Of a stretch of 32,000 bases of DNA, positions 23,371 through 31,904 are shown in pieces; position 1 is the stretch's first letter, and the number at the start of each line of letters is the position of its first letter. Below the pieces are notes generated by a model. The model saw nothing but the letters and a program-made list of their open reading frames with translations. It was not told where the DNA came from and did no database searches. The position numbers and the translations under genes were made by a program. Source of the DNA: Schaalia odontolytica (GTDB lineage Bacteria; Actinomycetota; Actinomycetes; Actinomycetales; Actinomycetaceae); NCBI RefSeq assembly GCF_005696695.1, contig NZ_CP040006.1, positions 2,328,134 through 2,360,133 of the forward strand, given 5' to 3'.

Positions 23371-24399
23371 ATGGCTACCAAAGTTCTGATCATCGCCGGC
23401 GGTCTGACGCACGAGCGTGACGTCTCTGTTCGTTCGGGCCGTCGCGTCGCGAATATCCTGACGCAGTTCGGCTACGAGGTGCGTATTTCCGACGTCGACG
23501 CGTCACTTGCGGAGGCTATCGAAACCTTCTCTCCCGACGTTGTATGGCCGCTCGTGCACGGCTCGATCGGCGAGGATGGCTCCCTCCAGTCCTTCCTGGA
23601 GTCGGTGGGAATCCCCTTTGTGGGCTCGTCGTCGGTGCAGGCCATGCTCGCCTCGAACAAACCCACAGCGAAGGCTCTGCTGGGCTCTGCGGGCCTCGCG
23701 ACACCCGGCTGGGTGACGCTTCCGCAGGCGATTTTCCGCCAGCTGGGTGCCTCTCACGTGCTCTCCGCGCTCGAGGGTTCGGTGTCCTTCCCCGTCGTCA
23801 TCAAGCCGACGGACGGCGGCTCCGCGCTCGGCATTTCGACCGCTCTGGACGCTAAGGCCCTGCGCCGTGCGATGGTGGACGCCTTCGCATACGGACAGCG
23901 GCTGATGGTCGAGCAGCGCATCAACGGCCGAGACGTGGCCGTTTCCGTCGTCGATCTGTGGGATGGACCCGTGGCCCTTCCCCCGGTCGAGGTGTCGACG
24001 GACCGTGGCCGCTATGACTACGACGCCCGCTACACCACCGATGAGACCGAGTACTTCGTGCCCGCACGCCTTTCCGACGAGATTCTCGCGGACCTCCAGG
24101 CCGCGGCCGTCGAGGCCCATACGACGCTGGGTCTACGCGATCTGTCCCGCATGGACTTCGTGGTCGACGACGAGGGCACCTGCTGGTTCATCGACGCAAA
24201 CGTCGCGCCCGGCATGACGGACACGTCGCTCCTCCCCCAGGCCGCCGACGCGCTCGAGGACTCCTCCTTCGCGCAGCTGTGCGCCGACATTGTGGACTTC
24301 GTGGCCGGTGGCCGCGACGTGCACAGCGTCGACTACGTCATCGACGAGGAAGGCACCGGCGTCATCATTTCAGAGGACGCCGAGGCGACCGAGGAGTAA
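23371..24399 (+). CDS. ddl: D-alanine--D-alanine ligase
   Basis: 342 aa. 'KVLIIAGGLTHERDVSVRSG', 'HGSIGEDGSLQSFLE..GIPFVGS', ATP-grasp 'FPVVIKPTDGGSALGIS', and 'DLSRMDFVVDDEGTCWFIDANVAPGMT'. GAGGAG lies upstream of the ATG. Confidence 0.9.
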   Translation: MATKVLIIAGGLTHERDVSVRSGRRVANILTQFGYEVRISDVDASLAEAIETFSPDVVWPLVHGSIGEDGSLQSFLESVGIPFVGSSSVQAMLASNKPTAKALLGSAGLATPGWVTLPQAIFRQLGASHVLSALEGSVSFPVVIKPTDGGSALGISTALDAKALRRAMVDAFAYGQRLMVEQRINGRDVAVSVVDLWDGPVALPPVEVSTDRGRYDYDARYTTDETEYFVPARLSDEILADLQAAAVEAHTTLGLRDLSRMDFVVDDEGTCWFIDANVAPGMTDTSLLPQAADALEDSSFAQLCADIVDFVAGGRDVHSVDYVIDEEGTGVIISEDAEATEE

Positions 24400-24417
24400 T
24401 CGCTCATTCAACGCGCT

Positions 24418-24450
24418 GTGGGCCCGGGAGGATGATCCTTCCGGGCCCAC
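24418..24450 (+). terminator. Terminator hairpin downstream of ddl
   Basis: 15-bp stem (one G-U pair) 'gtgggcccgggagga' / 'tccttccgggcccac' with a 3-nt loop, 19 nt after the stop. A parS site abuts its 3' side. Confidence 0.65.
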
Positions 24451-24451
24451 A

Positions 24452-24467
24452 TGTTTCACGTGAAACA
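24452..24467. other. parS: parS site (16/16)
   Basis: 'tgtttcacgtgaaaca', intergenic between the convergent ddl and HAD genes. It forms an 18-bp palindrome with the flanking a/t. Confidence 0.85.
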
Positions 24468-24577
24468 TCGTCCACTACGAATTCGCGCACTCCGACTGGC
24501 GACAGTCACACGCGATGAAAGTTGCTCACGAGGCAACAGCATTGCTCGAACCGAGCAAAATTTCGTTCTCTGTACGC

Positions 24578-24629
24578 CTCTGTGTCGTTTTCGCGGTCCG
24601 GAACGAAACAGAGTTTCGCTGACACAGAG
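24578..24629 (-). terminator. Compound hairpin downstream of the HAD hydrolase gene
   Basis: The outer 9-bp stem 'ctctgtgtc' / 'gacacagag' encloses an inner 'cgaaac-tct-gtttcg' hairpin (minus strand). It starts 5 nt after the stop. The minus strand then reads '...gaaattttg'. Confidence 0.45.
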
Positions 24630-24633
24630 CGTC

Positions 24634-25263
24634 TCAGAAAAGGACTCCGAGCTCCTTCAGACGCGTTTCTGCGTCCTCAACACCCTGCCAGACGATGCCC
24701 TGCACACCAAGGAGTTCGGCCGCGCGGACGTTCTCGCGACGGTCATCGATGAAGACGACATCCTCGTGAGGTACGTCGAGGCGCACGAGAACGTCACGGT
24801 AGATACCGCGGGACGGCTTGCAGATACCGTAGTCGCACGAGAAGGCGAAGAAATCGAAAAGGCTCCCCCACTCGGAGCGACGAATCGCCTTAGCAATGGG
24901 ATACGGTGCGTTGGATAGAATACCGAGGCGTACTGCCTGTCGCCGCAGACGGCGCACAAGATCGAGAGCTTCTTCGTTTGCCGTTGCCATGCGCGACGCG
25001 TCGAGCGCGACAAGTTCCTTCAACAGAGCACTGGAAGGCTCGGGCTGACCGCAATCTCCGGCGATACGGTCCCAAAATTCACGGTCGGACATCCCAGCGT
25101 CATACTCGCCGCGATGGGTCCACATCGCCTGATCGACGAGAGTCGTGAGACCTCGCGAACCATCGCCGAACAACTCAGCGATAGCGTGCGGGTCCGGGTG
25201 AGCATCCACGAGGACACCTCCGACATCGAAAAGCACGGTGCGCGAACTGCCTTGAGCGTTCAT
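24634..25263 (-). CDS. HAD-superfamily hydrolase (subfamily IA)
   Basis: 209 aa. Motif I 'VLFDVGGVLVD', motif III/IV region 'CKPSRGIY...VVFIDDRRENVRAAELLG'. GGAG lies upstream of the ATG. Confidence 0.8.
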   Translation of the reverse strand: MNAQGSSRTVLFDVGGVLVDAHPDPHAIAELFGDGSRGLTTLVDQAMWTHRGEYDAGMSDREFWDRIAGDCGQPEPSSALLKELVALDASRMATANEEALDLVRRLRRQAVRLGILSNAPYPIAKAIRRSEWGSLFDFFAFSCDYGICKPSRGIYRDVLVRLDVPHEDVVFIDDRRENVRAAELLGVQGIVWQGVEDAETRLKELGVLF

Positions 25264-25409
25264 GCCTTTCGCTCCTTCTGGTACTGCGAGGGCCCGACGA
25301 CGGACCCTTTAGAGGTAGTTTAAGCGTTAATTCATCCGAAGATTAGCTCAGGAAATGTCGCGTACGGAACATACTGCGCGTGATCTGCGAAAAGAACTAT
25401 GAAGTTAGA

Positions 25410-26696
25410 TCAGTGGAGAATAAGGTCTGCAATTCGCTGAAGATCCTCGGATCCTGCGAATTCGATGACGATCCGACCCTTCTTACGTCCCTCAGTGATG
25501 GTCACGCGCGTATCGTACGCGTCGGACAGCGCCGATACGACGCTCTCCCCCAGCTGCGACAGAGGACGCTGCTGGCGTGCGCGCGGACGCGGGGTTGCCT
25601 TCGCCTTGCCGAGGCGAACGATCTCTTCGGTAGTACGCACGGAGAGACCCTCGGCGACGATACGCTCGGCCAGTCGTTCCATCTCTTCGGGCGTCGACAG
25701 AGACAGCAGCGCACGGGCGTGGCCGGCGGTGATGACCTGAGCGGCGACCTTCTTCTGAACGGACGGCGGGAGCTTGAGGAGGCGCAGGGTGTTCGCAATC
25801 TGCGGGCGCGAGCGGGCGATTCGCTTGGCGAGCTCTTCCTGAGTCGCGCCGAAATCCGCCATGAGCTGCTGGTATGCGCTCGCTTCTTCCAACGGGTTGA
25901 GCTGGGCCCGGTGGAGGTTTTCCAGGAGCGCGTCGCGGAGCAAGTCCCCGTCTTCGGTCTCCCGGATGATTGCCGGAATCGTGGTTTCGCCTGCGAGCTC
26001 TGAGGCGCGCAGGCGGCGCTCACCCATGATCAGTTCGTAGCGTGCTTCGGGCTTCTCGGCGAGGAACTCGGTGAGCTTCTCGGAGCGGCCCTTCGTGGGG
26101 ATACTACGAACGACGACGGGCTGGAGAACGCCGACCTCCTTGATCGAGGCCGACAGTTCCTTCAGATCATCCTCATCAAAGACCTCTCGAGGCTGCTTCG
26201 TGTTGGGGACGATCTGATCGATCGCAATTTCAGCAAAGGATGCACCGGGCACCGGAAGAAGCTCGTGATCAACGGATGTTTCACGTGAAACATTCTGTTC
26301 TTCGCGCTTGTCTGCTTCGTTGACGGAAGCGTCTTTCGCGGGCACACGAGTCGCCTTCTGGCGGGAATCTGAGCCATTGATTCCAGCGCCGAGACCGCTG
26401 CGAGAGCCAGCGCCTCGACGTCCACCAGCCGCCTCAACGGACGGCATGGTCGGACGCTTCTTCTTCGACGAGGCAGTGCCACGCTTGGGCTGCAAAAGAT
26501 CCTTCGCAGAACCTCCACGCTTACCGGCGGAGCTACCTTCGGGGAAGAACACGTCCAGGGGACGGGAGGGCGCGGAGGGTGCATTATGCGGCGTCTGCTC
26601 ACTAGCCTGAGGAATGAGAGCGCCAAGACCACGGCCGAGGCCAGTGTGCTTGCGAGCGCCCTTACGGCCCTCAGACTTCGGTGCTGCATCCGCCAT
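25410..26696 (-). CDS. parB: Chromosome partitioning protein ParB (Spo0J)
   Basis: 428 aa. 'GLGRGLGALIP', the ParB box 'VVVRS...YELIMGERRLRAS', the HTH region 'TQEELAKRIARSRPQIANTLRLLKLP', and a long low-complexity N-terminal linker. AAGGAG lies 7 nt upstream of the ATG. Confidence 0.95.
   Translation of the reverse strand: MADAAPKSEGRKGARKHTGLGRGLGALIPQASEQTPHNAPSAPSRPLDVFFPEGSSAGKRGGSAKDLLQPKRGTASSKKKRPTMPSVEAAGGRRGAGSRSGLGAGINGSDSRQKATRVPAKDASVNEADKREEQNVSRETSVDHELLPVPGASFAEIAIDQIVPNTKQPREVFDEDDLKELSASIKEVGVLQPVVVRSIPTKGRSEKLTEFLAEKPEARYELIMGERRLRASELAGETTIPAIIRETEDGDLLRDALLENLHRAQLNPLEEASAYQQLMADFGATQEELAKRIARSRPQIANTLRLLKLPPSVQKKVAAQVITAGHARALLSLSTPEEMERLAERIVAEGLSVRTTEEIVRLGKAKATPRPRARQQRPLSQLGESVVSALSDAYDTRVTITEGRKKGRIVIEFAGSEDLQRIADLILH
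26277..26292. other. parS: parS site (16/16) inside the parB coding sequence
   Basis: 'tgtttcacgtgaaaca' encodes 'NVSRETS' in the ParB N-terminal linker. Confidence 0.85.
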
Positions 26697-26726
26697 TGCA
26701 ATACTCCTTCAATTGCGTCGGTTCAT

Positions 26727-26742
26727 TGTTTCACGTGAAACA
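26727..26742. other. parS: parS site (16/16) in the parA-parB intergenic region, 31 nt upstream of the parB start
   Basis: It lies within the 20-bp perfect palindrome 'attgtttcacgtgaaacaat' at 26725-26744. Confidence 0.85.
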
Positions 26743-26849
26743 ATGGCATGCGCTCAGCTAGTAAGCGTCTTTGATCACTTTGTTGCACCAATGCTCACGC
26801 ACGGTGACTAATACGTGCCGACCTGCGGAAACATGCGGAAAACTCCGAA

Positions 26850-26865
26850 TGTTTCACGTGAAACA
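26850..26865. other. parS: parS site (16/16) ending 1 nt from the parA stop codon
   Basis: 'tgtttcacgtgaaaca'. The parA TGA occupies 26867-26869. Confidence 0.85.
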
Positions 26866-26866
26866 A

Positions 26867-27748
26867 TCACTCTTCAGAGGCTGCGACGCGCTGGCACAGC
26901 TCCAACGCGGCCTTCCGATACGCGATTGCGCCCACGTTACGGGGATCGTACGTGACGACAGTCTGACCGTAGCTCGGCGCCTCGGAAATGCGCACAGAAC
27001 GCGGGATGACGGTCTCAAAAGTGTGGTCCGGGAAGTGCGAGCGAACCTCGCTCTCAACCTCCTCGGAAAGCTTCGTGCGCTTGTCCGCCATGGTGAGCAA
27101 CATGCCGGAGACACGCAGGCCAGGGTTAAGATCCACGCCGATCCGTTCGACGGTGTTCCACAGCTGGCTGAGGCCCTCCAGGGCGTAATACTCGGCCTGA
27201 ATCGGGATCATGACCTCGTCCGCGGCGACCATGACATTCAGCGTCACGAGGCCGAGGGAAGGCGGGCAGTCGATGAGCACGATATCAATGTCGGCATGCT
27301 CAGAAACATACTCACGCAGGGCCTCGCGCAGCCGGTATTCACGGCGCTCAACGTCGACGAGCTCGATTTCCGCGCCGGAGAGGTCGATCGTGGCCGGGCA
27401 CACGACAATACCATCGATGTCGGGGCACGGCTGCACGACGTCTGCAACGCTGGCCCCGCCGATGATGACGTCATAGGTTGACGGGGTTCCGGCGGGGTGC
27501 GGCACGCCGAGCGCGCTCGAGGCATTTCCCTGGGCGTCCGCGTCGACGACGAGGACAGACAAGCCGCCCATCGCGAGGCCGGCCGCGAGGTTAACAGCCG
27601 ATGTCGTCTTACCGACGCCACCCTTCTGGTTCGCGACGGCGATGATGCGCGTGTGCTGAGGGCGCGGGAACGTTGCGCGTTCGAGCATGGCCAGATCGCG
27701 CATGTTGCGCTCGATCTGATTCGACAAAGGGGTGTTGTTGGTACTCAC
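26867..27748 (-). CDS. parA: Chromosome partitioning ATPase ParA (Soj)
   Basis: 293 aa. Deviant Walker A 'NQKGGVGKTTSAVNLA', 'VLVVDADAQGN' and 'IDCPPSLG'. GTG start with GGAAGG upstream. Confidence 0.95.
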   Translation of the reverse strand: MSTNNTPLSNQIERNMRDLAMLERATFPRPQHTRIIAVANQKGGVGKTTSAVNLAAGLAMGGLSVLVVDADAQGNASSALGVPHPAGTPSTYDVIIGGASVADVVQPCPDIDGIVVCPATIDLSGAEIELVDVERREYRLREALREYVSEHADIDIVLIDCPPSLGLVTLNVMVAADEVMIPIQAEYYALEGLSQLWNTVERIGVDLNPGLRVSGMLLTMADKRTKLSEEVESEVRSHFPDHTFETVIPRSVRISEAPSYGQTVVTYDPRNVGAIAYRKAALELCQRVAASEE

Positions 27749-27979
27749 GTGACACCTTCCTAGATACTGCCCCTAGTTTACGGGCAGACGCACACACTTC
27801 CAGCACGAAAAGCCCGGGATGCATCCAGGCGCACACAATCTCCATGCACCGCCGTACAACAAAGAAAATTTCGTTCTGTAGGATCGATTCTCCCAGCGAA
27901 GAGCCGAAACGTGACAAACCGTCAATCGACAGAATCGATCTGACACAACACCACACCGATGTGGCCTGCGTCACTATAT

Positions 27980-28017
27980 GAGAGGAGCGCCGCAGTAAAC
28001 GCCACGACGCTCCTCTC
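27980..28017 (-). terminator. Terminator hairpin downstream of rsmG
   Basis: 10-bp perfect stem 'gagaggagcg' / 'cgctcctctc' with an 18-nt loop, 16 nt past the rsmG stop. There is no clear U-tract. Confidence 0.45.
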
Positions 28018-28033
28018 CCCCACTGGGGACGCG

Positions 28034-28717
28034 TTACTTAATGCGCGTGCAGACGACCACGTACGTGGACTCGTCCTCCATGATGGAGGGCACCTCGTGG
28101 ATCTCAGCGCGCAGGTGGTGACGGCGCAGCTCCGCCGAGGCCTCGTCCACCTCGATGGGCGCGCGGCGACCCTTGAGGGCCACGAGCGAGCCACCGGGGG
28201 CGATCAGCTTCGAGGTCATGCGCACGAGCTTGCTCATGTTCGCCACGGCGCGGGCAGTGACGACGTCAGCCTTGCCCTTGCCGCGCAGCTCCTCGGCGCG
28301 CGCCTGGTGAATGGTGACGTTGTCGAGACCCAGGTCCTCCACGACGTCCATGAGCCACTCGACGCGGCGCGCCATGGGCTCAGCCAGGTGCACGTCGAGC
28401 TCGGGGCGGCAGGCGGCGATCACGATGCCGGGCAAGCCGGATCCGGAGCCGACATCGAGGACCTGACGGCCATCCTTACGGGGCATGAAGTCCAGGACGG
28501 CAGCGGAGTTGACGATGTGGCGCGACCAGATGCGCTCCATGTCGCGCGGGCCGAGGAGGCCGCGAATCTCGCCTTCCTCCTCGAGCATGCGTGCGTATTC
28601 GGCGACCTCCGCGAAGGCCGGTCCGAAGAAGTCGCGGACGGCCTGCGTGGGCTCTTCTGGGACGAAGGGGTCGCCGACCTGGCGACCCCTTCCCGTCCCG
28701 TTCGGGTTCTCACTCAC
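28034..28717 (-). CDS. rsmG: 16S rRNA (guanine527-N7)-methyltransferase RsmG (GidB)
   Basis: 227 aa. 'RHIVNSA' and the SAM motif 'VLDVGSGSGLPGIVIA'. Synteny is jag-rsmG-parA-parB. GTG start overlaps the jag stop by 8 nt. Confidence 0.9.
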   Translation of the reverse strand: MSENPNGTGRGRQVGDPFVPEEPTQAVRDFFGPAFAEVAEYARMLEEEGEIRGLLGPRDMERIWSRHIVNSAAVLDFMPRKDGRQVLDVGSGSGLPGIVIAACRPELDVHLAEPMARRVEWLMDVVEDLGLDNVTIHQARAEELRGKGKADVVTARAVANMSKLVRMTSKLIAPGGSLVALKGRRAPIEVDEASAELRRHHLRAEIHEVPSIMEDESTYVVVCTRIK

Positions 28718-29213
28718 CGTCGGTGTCCTCGGGGAGGATCACCACGCGGCGGTGGGGCTCGGCGCCCTCGGACTCAGAGGTGAGGCCCTCGTCGGCGACC
28801 ACGTCGTGGCACACCTTGCGCTCAAACGGGTTCATGGCGTCGAGCTTGACGGCCTCGCCGGTGGCGCGCACGCGGGCGATCGCCTCGCGGGTGATGTCCT
28901 GCAGCTCTTCCTTGCGCTCGGCGCGGAAGCCGGCGATGTCGAGCATGAGGCGCGAGCGCTCGCCTGTCTCGGTCTGGACGGCCAGACGGGTCAGCTCCTG
29001 GAGGGCGTCCAGGACCTCGCCGTCGTCGCCCACGAGGCGGTCGAGGGCGTCGGGGTCGTCGGCGACAATCTCGACCGAGGCGCGGCCGTTTTCGACGTCG
29101 ATCTCGATGTCGCCGTCGAGGTCGGCGATGTCAAGCAGCTCTTCCAGGTAGTCGGCGGCGATTTCGCCTTCTTCTTCGAGGCGGGTCAGCTTGTCTGCGT
29201 TGTCGTCACTCAT
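28710..29213 (-). CDS. jag: Jag/KhpB-like RNA-binding protein (KH + R3H domains)
   Basis: 167 aa. The N-terminus is acidic and the R3H region is 'MNPFERKVCHDVVADEGLTSESEGAEPHRRVVI'. It lies immediately downstream of yidC. GGAGGA lies upstream of the ATG. Confidence 0.85.
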   Translation of the reverse strand: MSDDNADKLTRLEEEGEIAADYLEELLDIADLDGDIEIDVENGRASVEIVADDPDALDRLVGDDGEVLDALQELTRLAVQTETGERSRLMLDIAGFRAERKEELQDITREAIARVRATGEAVKLDAMNPFERKVCHDVVADEGLTSESEGAEPHRRVVILPEDTDGE

Positions 29214-29296
29214 GACGTGTCCTCCGTAGTGGGGAATGGGGTCTTGCTGGTGTCCAGGTTACCGGCTGGGGGCCTGGAACCGTGAATCTATGGTGG

Positions 29297-30637
29297 TCAG
29301 CGCTTGTTGCCGCGGCGGCGGGCCTTGCGGCGCTCGATGCGGCGACGCTCAATCTCCTCGGCGCTCAGCGAGCCGTGGCCGGAGGTCGACTCGCCGGCCT
29401 CGGCCGCATCCTTCGACGAGGCCTTGGCGGACTCACGCTCGAGGGCACGGCGGTCGCGGACCTGCTTCTGGAGCTCGGCGCGCTGGGCGGAAGCTTCCTG
29501 CTTGGCCAGGCGCTTCTCGACGGCCAGGGTGAGGCCGTGCATCCACTGCTCGTCGGGCAGGGTCGTCCACTTCTGGGTGGCCAGGTTGCGGTAGACAGTG
29601 ATGATTTCGCCGGCGCTCATGGAGGCCGGGAAGTCGGAGGCAACGCGCTGCTTCTTGGCCTTGGAGCGCAGCTCGGCGAGGGTGCGCTCGTTGAGCTCGT
29701 CGATACGCGGGTCGGAGCCGGCAACACCGAGGGCGGCGCGCTCACGGTCGTAGTTCTGGAAGAAGGGCTTGGCCCATTCCTGGTAGGCAGACTCGCGCGA
29801 GGACAGCAGGTCGGCGTAGGCCGGAGAGCCGGGGGTCGGCATGACCTTGATGGTCCAGAGGGACTGGGCGAGAGCCCAGAAGGAGGCGGTCACGGTGTAG
29901 ATGACGACGCCCATCTGGAAGAACGCGCCGGAGAAGATGAACATCAGCGGCATCACGTACATCATGGAGCGCTGCGACTGAGCCATCGGGTTGTCGCCCA
30001 TGTCGGGCATGTTGCGCGAGAAGGACAGTCGCATGGAGACGAACTGCAGGACCACCATGAGGACGATCGCGGCAATGAAGACGGCGACGATCGCGGGCTG
30101 GCCCCAGGACTCGCGCAGGGTGTGGGAGAGCGGAACACCGAAGACGGTGGAGTTGACGATCTCGGTGGACACGGACTCGGTCAGCGGGCCGAGGTGGTCG
30201 GTGGCATCGCCGCGGTAGGTGTAGGTGCCGGCGGAGATGGAGGAAACCGCGATGATGGCTCGGTACATGCCGAACAGGACGGGCATCTGCACGAGCATGG
30301 GCAGGCAGGAGGCGAAGGGCGAGACCTTGTGCTTGCGCTGGAGGGCCTGGGTCTCTTCCATCATCTTCTGACGGCTGACCTGGTCCTTCTTGCCCTTGTA
30401 CTTCTCCTGGATCTTACGCATCTCAGGCTGGATGGCCTGCATGGCTCGCGAGGAGCGGATCTGCTTGAGGAACAGCGGGATGATGGCGATACGCACCAGG
30501 ATGGTGAGCAGCACGATGGACAGGACCCACGCCATGCCCGAGCCGGAGGACATTCCGAGCAGCACGAGGAGGTCGTGGATCCAGACCCACACGTAGGAGA
30601 TCGCCCACGCGAAGGGGTGGAGGATTGCGTCGAACAT
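29297..30637 (-). CDS. yidC: Membrane protein insertase YidC
   Basis: 446 aa. 'LLTILVRIAIIPLFLKQIRSSRAMQAIQPEMRKIQEKYKGKKD' and 'CLPMLVQMPVLFGMY', with a basic C-terminal tail 'RRKARRRGNKR'. Confidence 0.9.
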   Translation of the reverse strand: MFDAILHPFAWAISYVWVWIHDLLVLLGMSSGSGMAWVLSIVLLTILVRIAIIPLFLKQIRSSRAMQAIQPEMRKIQEKYKGKKDQVSRQKMMEETQALQRKHKVSPFASCLPMLVQMPVLFGMYRAIIAVSSISAGTYTYRGDATDHLGPLTESVSTEIVNSTVFGVPLSHTLRESWGQPAIVAVFIAAIVLMVVLQFVSMRLSFSRNMPDMGDNPMAQSQRSMMYVMPLMFIFSGAFFQMGVVIYTVTASFWALAQSLWTIKVMPTPGSPAYADLLSSRESAYQEWAKPFFQNYDRERAALGVAGSDPRIDELNERTLAELRSKAKKQRVASDFPASMSAGEIITVYRNLATQKWTTLPDEQWMHGLTLAVEKRLAKQEASAQRAELQKQVRDRRALERESAKASSKDAAEAGESTSGHGSLSAEEIERRRIERRKARRRGNKR

Positions 30638-30685
30638 AGTTTTCGCTTTCGCCGTGGCGCGGGAGCGCCGCTGTTTCGTTGTTCC

Positions 30686-31051
30686 TTAGAGTCCCGAGGC
30701 CGTGTCCGGCTCGGTCAGGTCGTGCTCCGGGTCGAGTCCCATGGGGTCGGGGCGGACCCAGTTGTCGTGCCCAGCCCAATCCTCGGGTGGGACCCATGGG
30801 TCGGGCTTCCAGCGTCCACGCTCTGGTACGTGGTCCACTCCCCCGTGGCTCCAGGGGTTGCATCTGAGCAACCGCCAAGCCGCGAGGATGAGTCCCTTGA
30901 TGGGTCCGTGGACGCGAATGGCCTGGAGAGCGTATGTGGAGCAGCTGGGTGCGTATCGACACCGGGGGCCGAGGGCCGGGGAGATGTAGCGCTGGTAGGC
31001 GACGATGGGTGCGGACACGAGAGCGCGAAGCGCTCGGCCCGCCATGTTCAT
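30686..31051 (-). CDS. yidD: Membrane protein insertion efficiency factor YidD
   Basis: '[53 protein letters not shown]'. ATG at 31051 overlaps the rnpA stop (ATGA). The track ORF extends to GTG 31063. Confidence 0.85.
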   Translation of the reverse strand: MNMAGRALRALVSAPIVAYQRYISPALGPRCRYAPSCSTYALQAIRVHGPIKGLILAAWRLLRCNPWSHGGVDHVPERGRWKPDPWVPPEDWAGHDNWVRPDPMGLDPEHDLTEPDTASGL

Positions 31052-31401
31052 CGTGCGTCCCACTTACGCCACGCTCGCGCCATCACGCGGTCGAGGTGTT
31101 CGCCGAGTTCCTTGGAGGGGACGCCGAGAGCCTTACTTGAGGCCCTCACGACGACCCGGGATCCTTCGGGGAGGTCGGCAATCCGTTCGCGCATGAGGTG
31201 GCGCAGCTGCCGCTTGACGCGATTGCGTCCGTTGGCGCGCTTAATTTCCCGCTTGGGTACGACGAAACCGACGAGGCGACTGTTGCGTTCCTCGTCGGCT
31301 CGGACGTGGACGACGACCAGCGGATCCCCTGCTCGCGTTCCCTGTCGGATCGCGGCGGTGAAGTCCGCTGGGTCAACCATGCGGTGCGCGCGCGGCAGCA
31401 C
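31048..31401 (-). CDS. rnpA: Ribonuclease P protein component
   Basis: 117 aa. '[29 protein letters not shown]' is the RNR motif region. It lies immediately downstream of rpmH. Start is GTG 31401 or ATG 31380. Confidence 0.85.
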   Translation of the reverse strand: MLPRAHRMVDPADFTAAIRQGTRAGDPLVVVHVRADEERNSRLVGFVVPKREIKRANGRNRVKRQLRHLMRERIADLPEGSRVVVRASSKALGVPSKELGEHLDRVMARAWRKWDAR

Positions 31402-31410
31402 CGGGGTGTC

Positions 31411-31551
31411 TCAGGCGGACAGCTTGGCGCGGCCCTTGCGGCGGCGGGCAGCCAGAATGGCGCGGCCGGCGCGGGTCGACATGCGCAGACGGAAGCCGTG
31501 CGTCTTGGAACGACGACGGTTGTTGGGCTGGTAGGTCCGCTTGGTGGTCAC
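31411..31551 (-). CDS. rpmH: 50S ribosomal protein L34
   Basis: My own translation of the minus strand gives (V)[44 protein letters not shown]. It has a GTG start with GAGGAG 7 nt upstream. It is absent from the ORF track because it is shorter than 60 aa. Confidence 0.9.
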   Translation of the reverse strand: MTTKRTYQPNNRRRSKTHGFRLRMSTRAGRAILAARRRKGRAKLSA

Positions 31552-31724
31552 GGCAATTCTCCTCGGCGGGGAGTGGTTTCCCACTCGGTATCGGTTGGGC
31601 TATCGACACGTAAGCACGCGCGATAGCGGGGACGCACGCCCGAAATGGGCGCAAACAAAGACCAAGACTAAGCGGATTGGGGCCACACGTCAACGCGGCA
31701 GCGTTACCCACCGCGTCACACACA

Positions 31725-31904
31725 GTATCCACAACTGTGCAAATCGCTGTGGATCTCATCCGTCCACAGAGGGTGGACGACGACAGTTATCCACAGGCTG
31801 TGCGTATTTTTGCTTTCCGCACGCTGCTGCGGACCCAAAGTTGTAACTACAAAGCTGTGATTCTGTGATAGTTCTCCACAGCTTCATCCCCAGTCTGTGC
31901 ATAA
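31725..31904. other. DnaA-box cluster in the rpmH-distal intergenic region (part of oriC / dnaA promoter region)
   Basis: A perfect TTATCCACA lies at 31787-31795. There are 8/9 boxes at 31725-31733 (gTATCCACA), 31872-31880 (TTcTCCACA) and 31896-31904 (reverse, TTATgCACA), and a 7/9 box at 31748-31756 (reverse). No credible ORF lies from 31552 to the window end. Confidence 0.75.

Noticed and set aside
25380-26003. 207-aa plus-strand ORF and 173/179-aa minus off-frame ORFs within parB
   Set aside because: They are shadow ORFs of parB with no independent support.
12890-26865. Recurring identical 16-bp palindrome considered as a possible CRISPR or REP-type repeat array
   Set aside because: Copies are kilobases apart, perfectly palindromic and identical to the parS consensus. 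There is no regular short spacing and no cas genes.
27741-27756. CACGTG-centred sequence at the parA start ('gtactcacgtgacacc') as a seventh parS
   Set aside because: Only the central hexamer and a few flanking bases match. Both arms deviate too far from TGTTT/AAACA.
29282-31534. 750-aa plus-strand ORF spanning yidC, yidD and rnpA
   Set aside because: It runs antisense across three independently recognisable conserved genes. Its Gly/Arg/Leu-rich composition has no domain signature.
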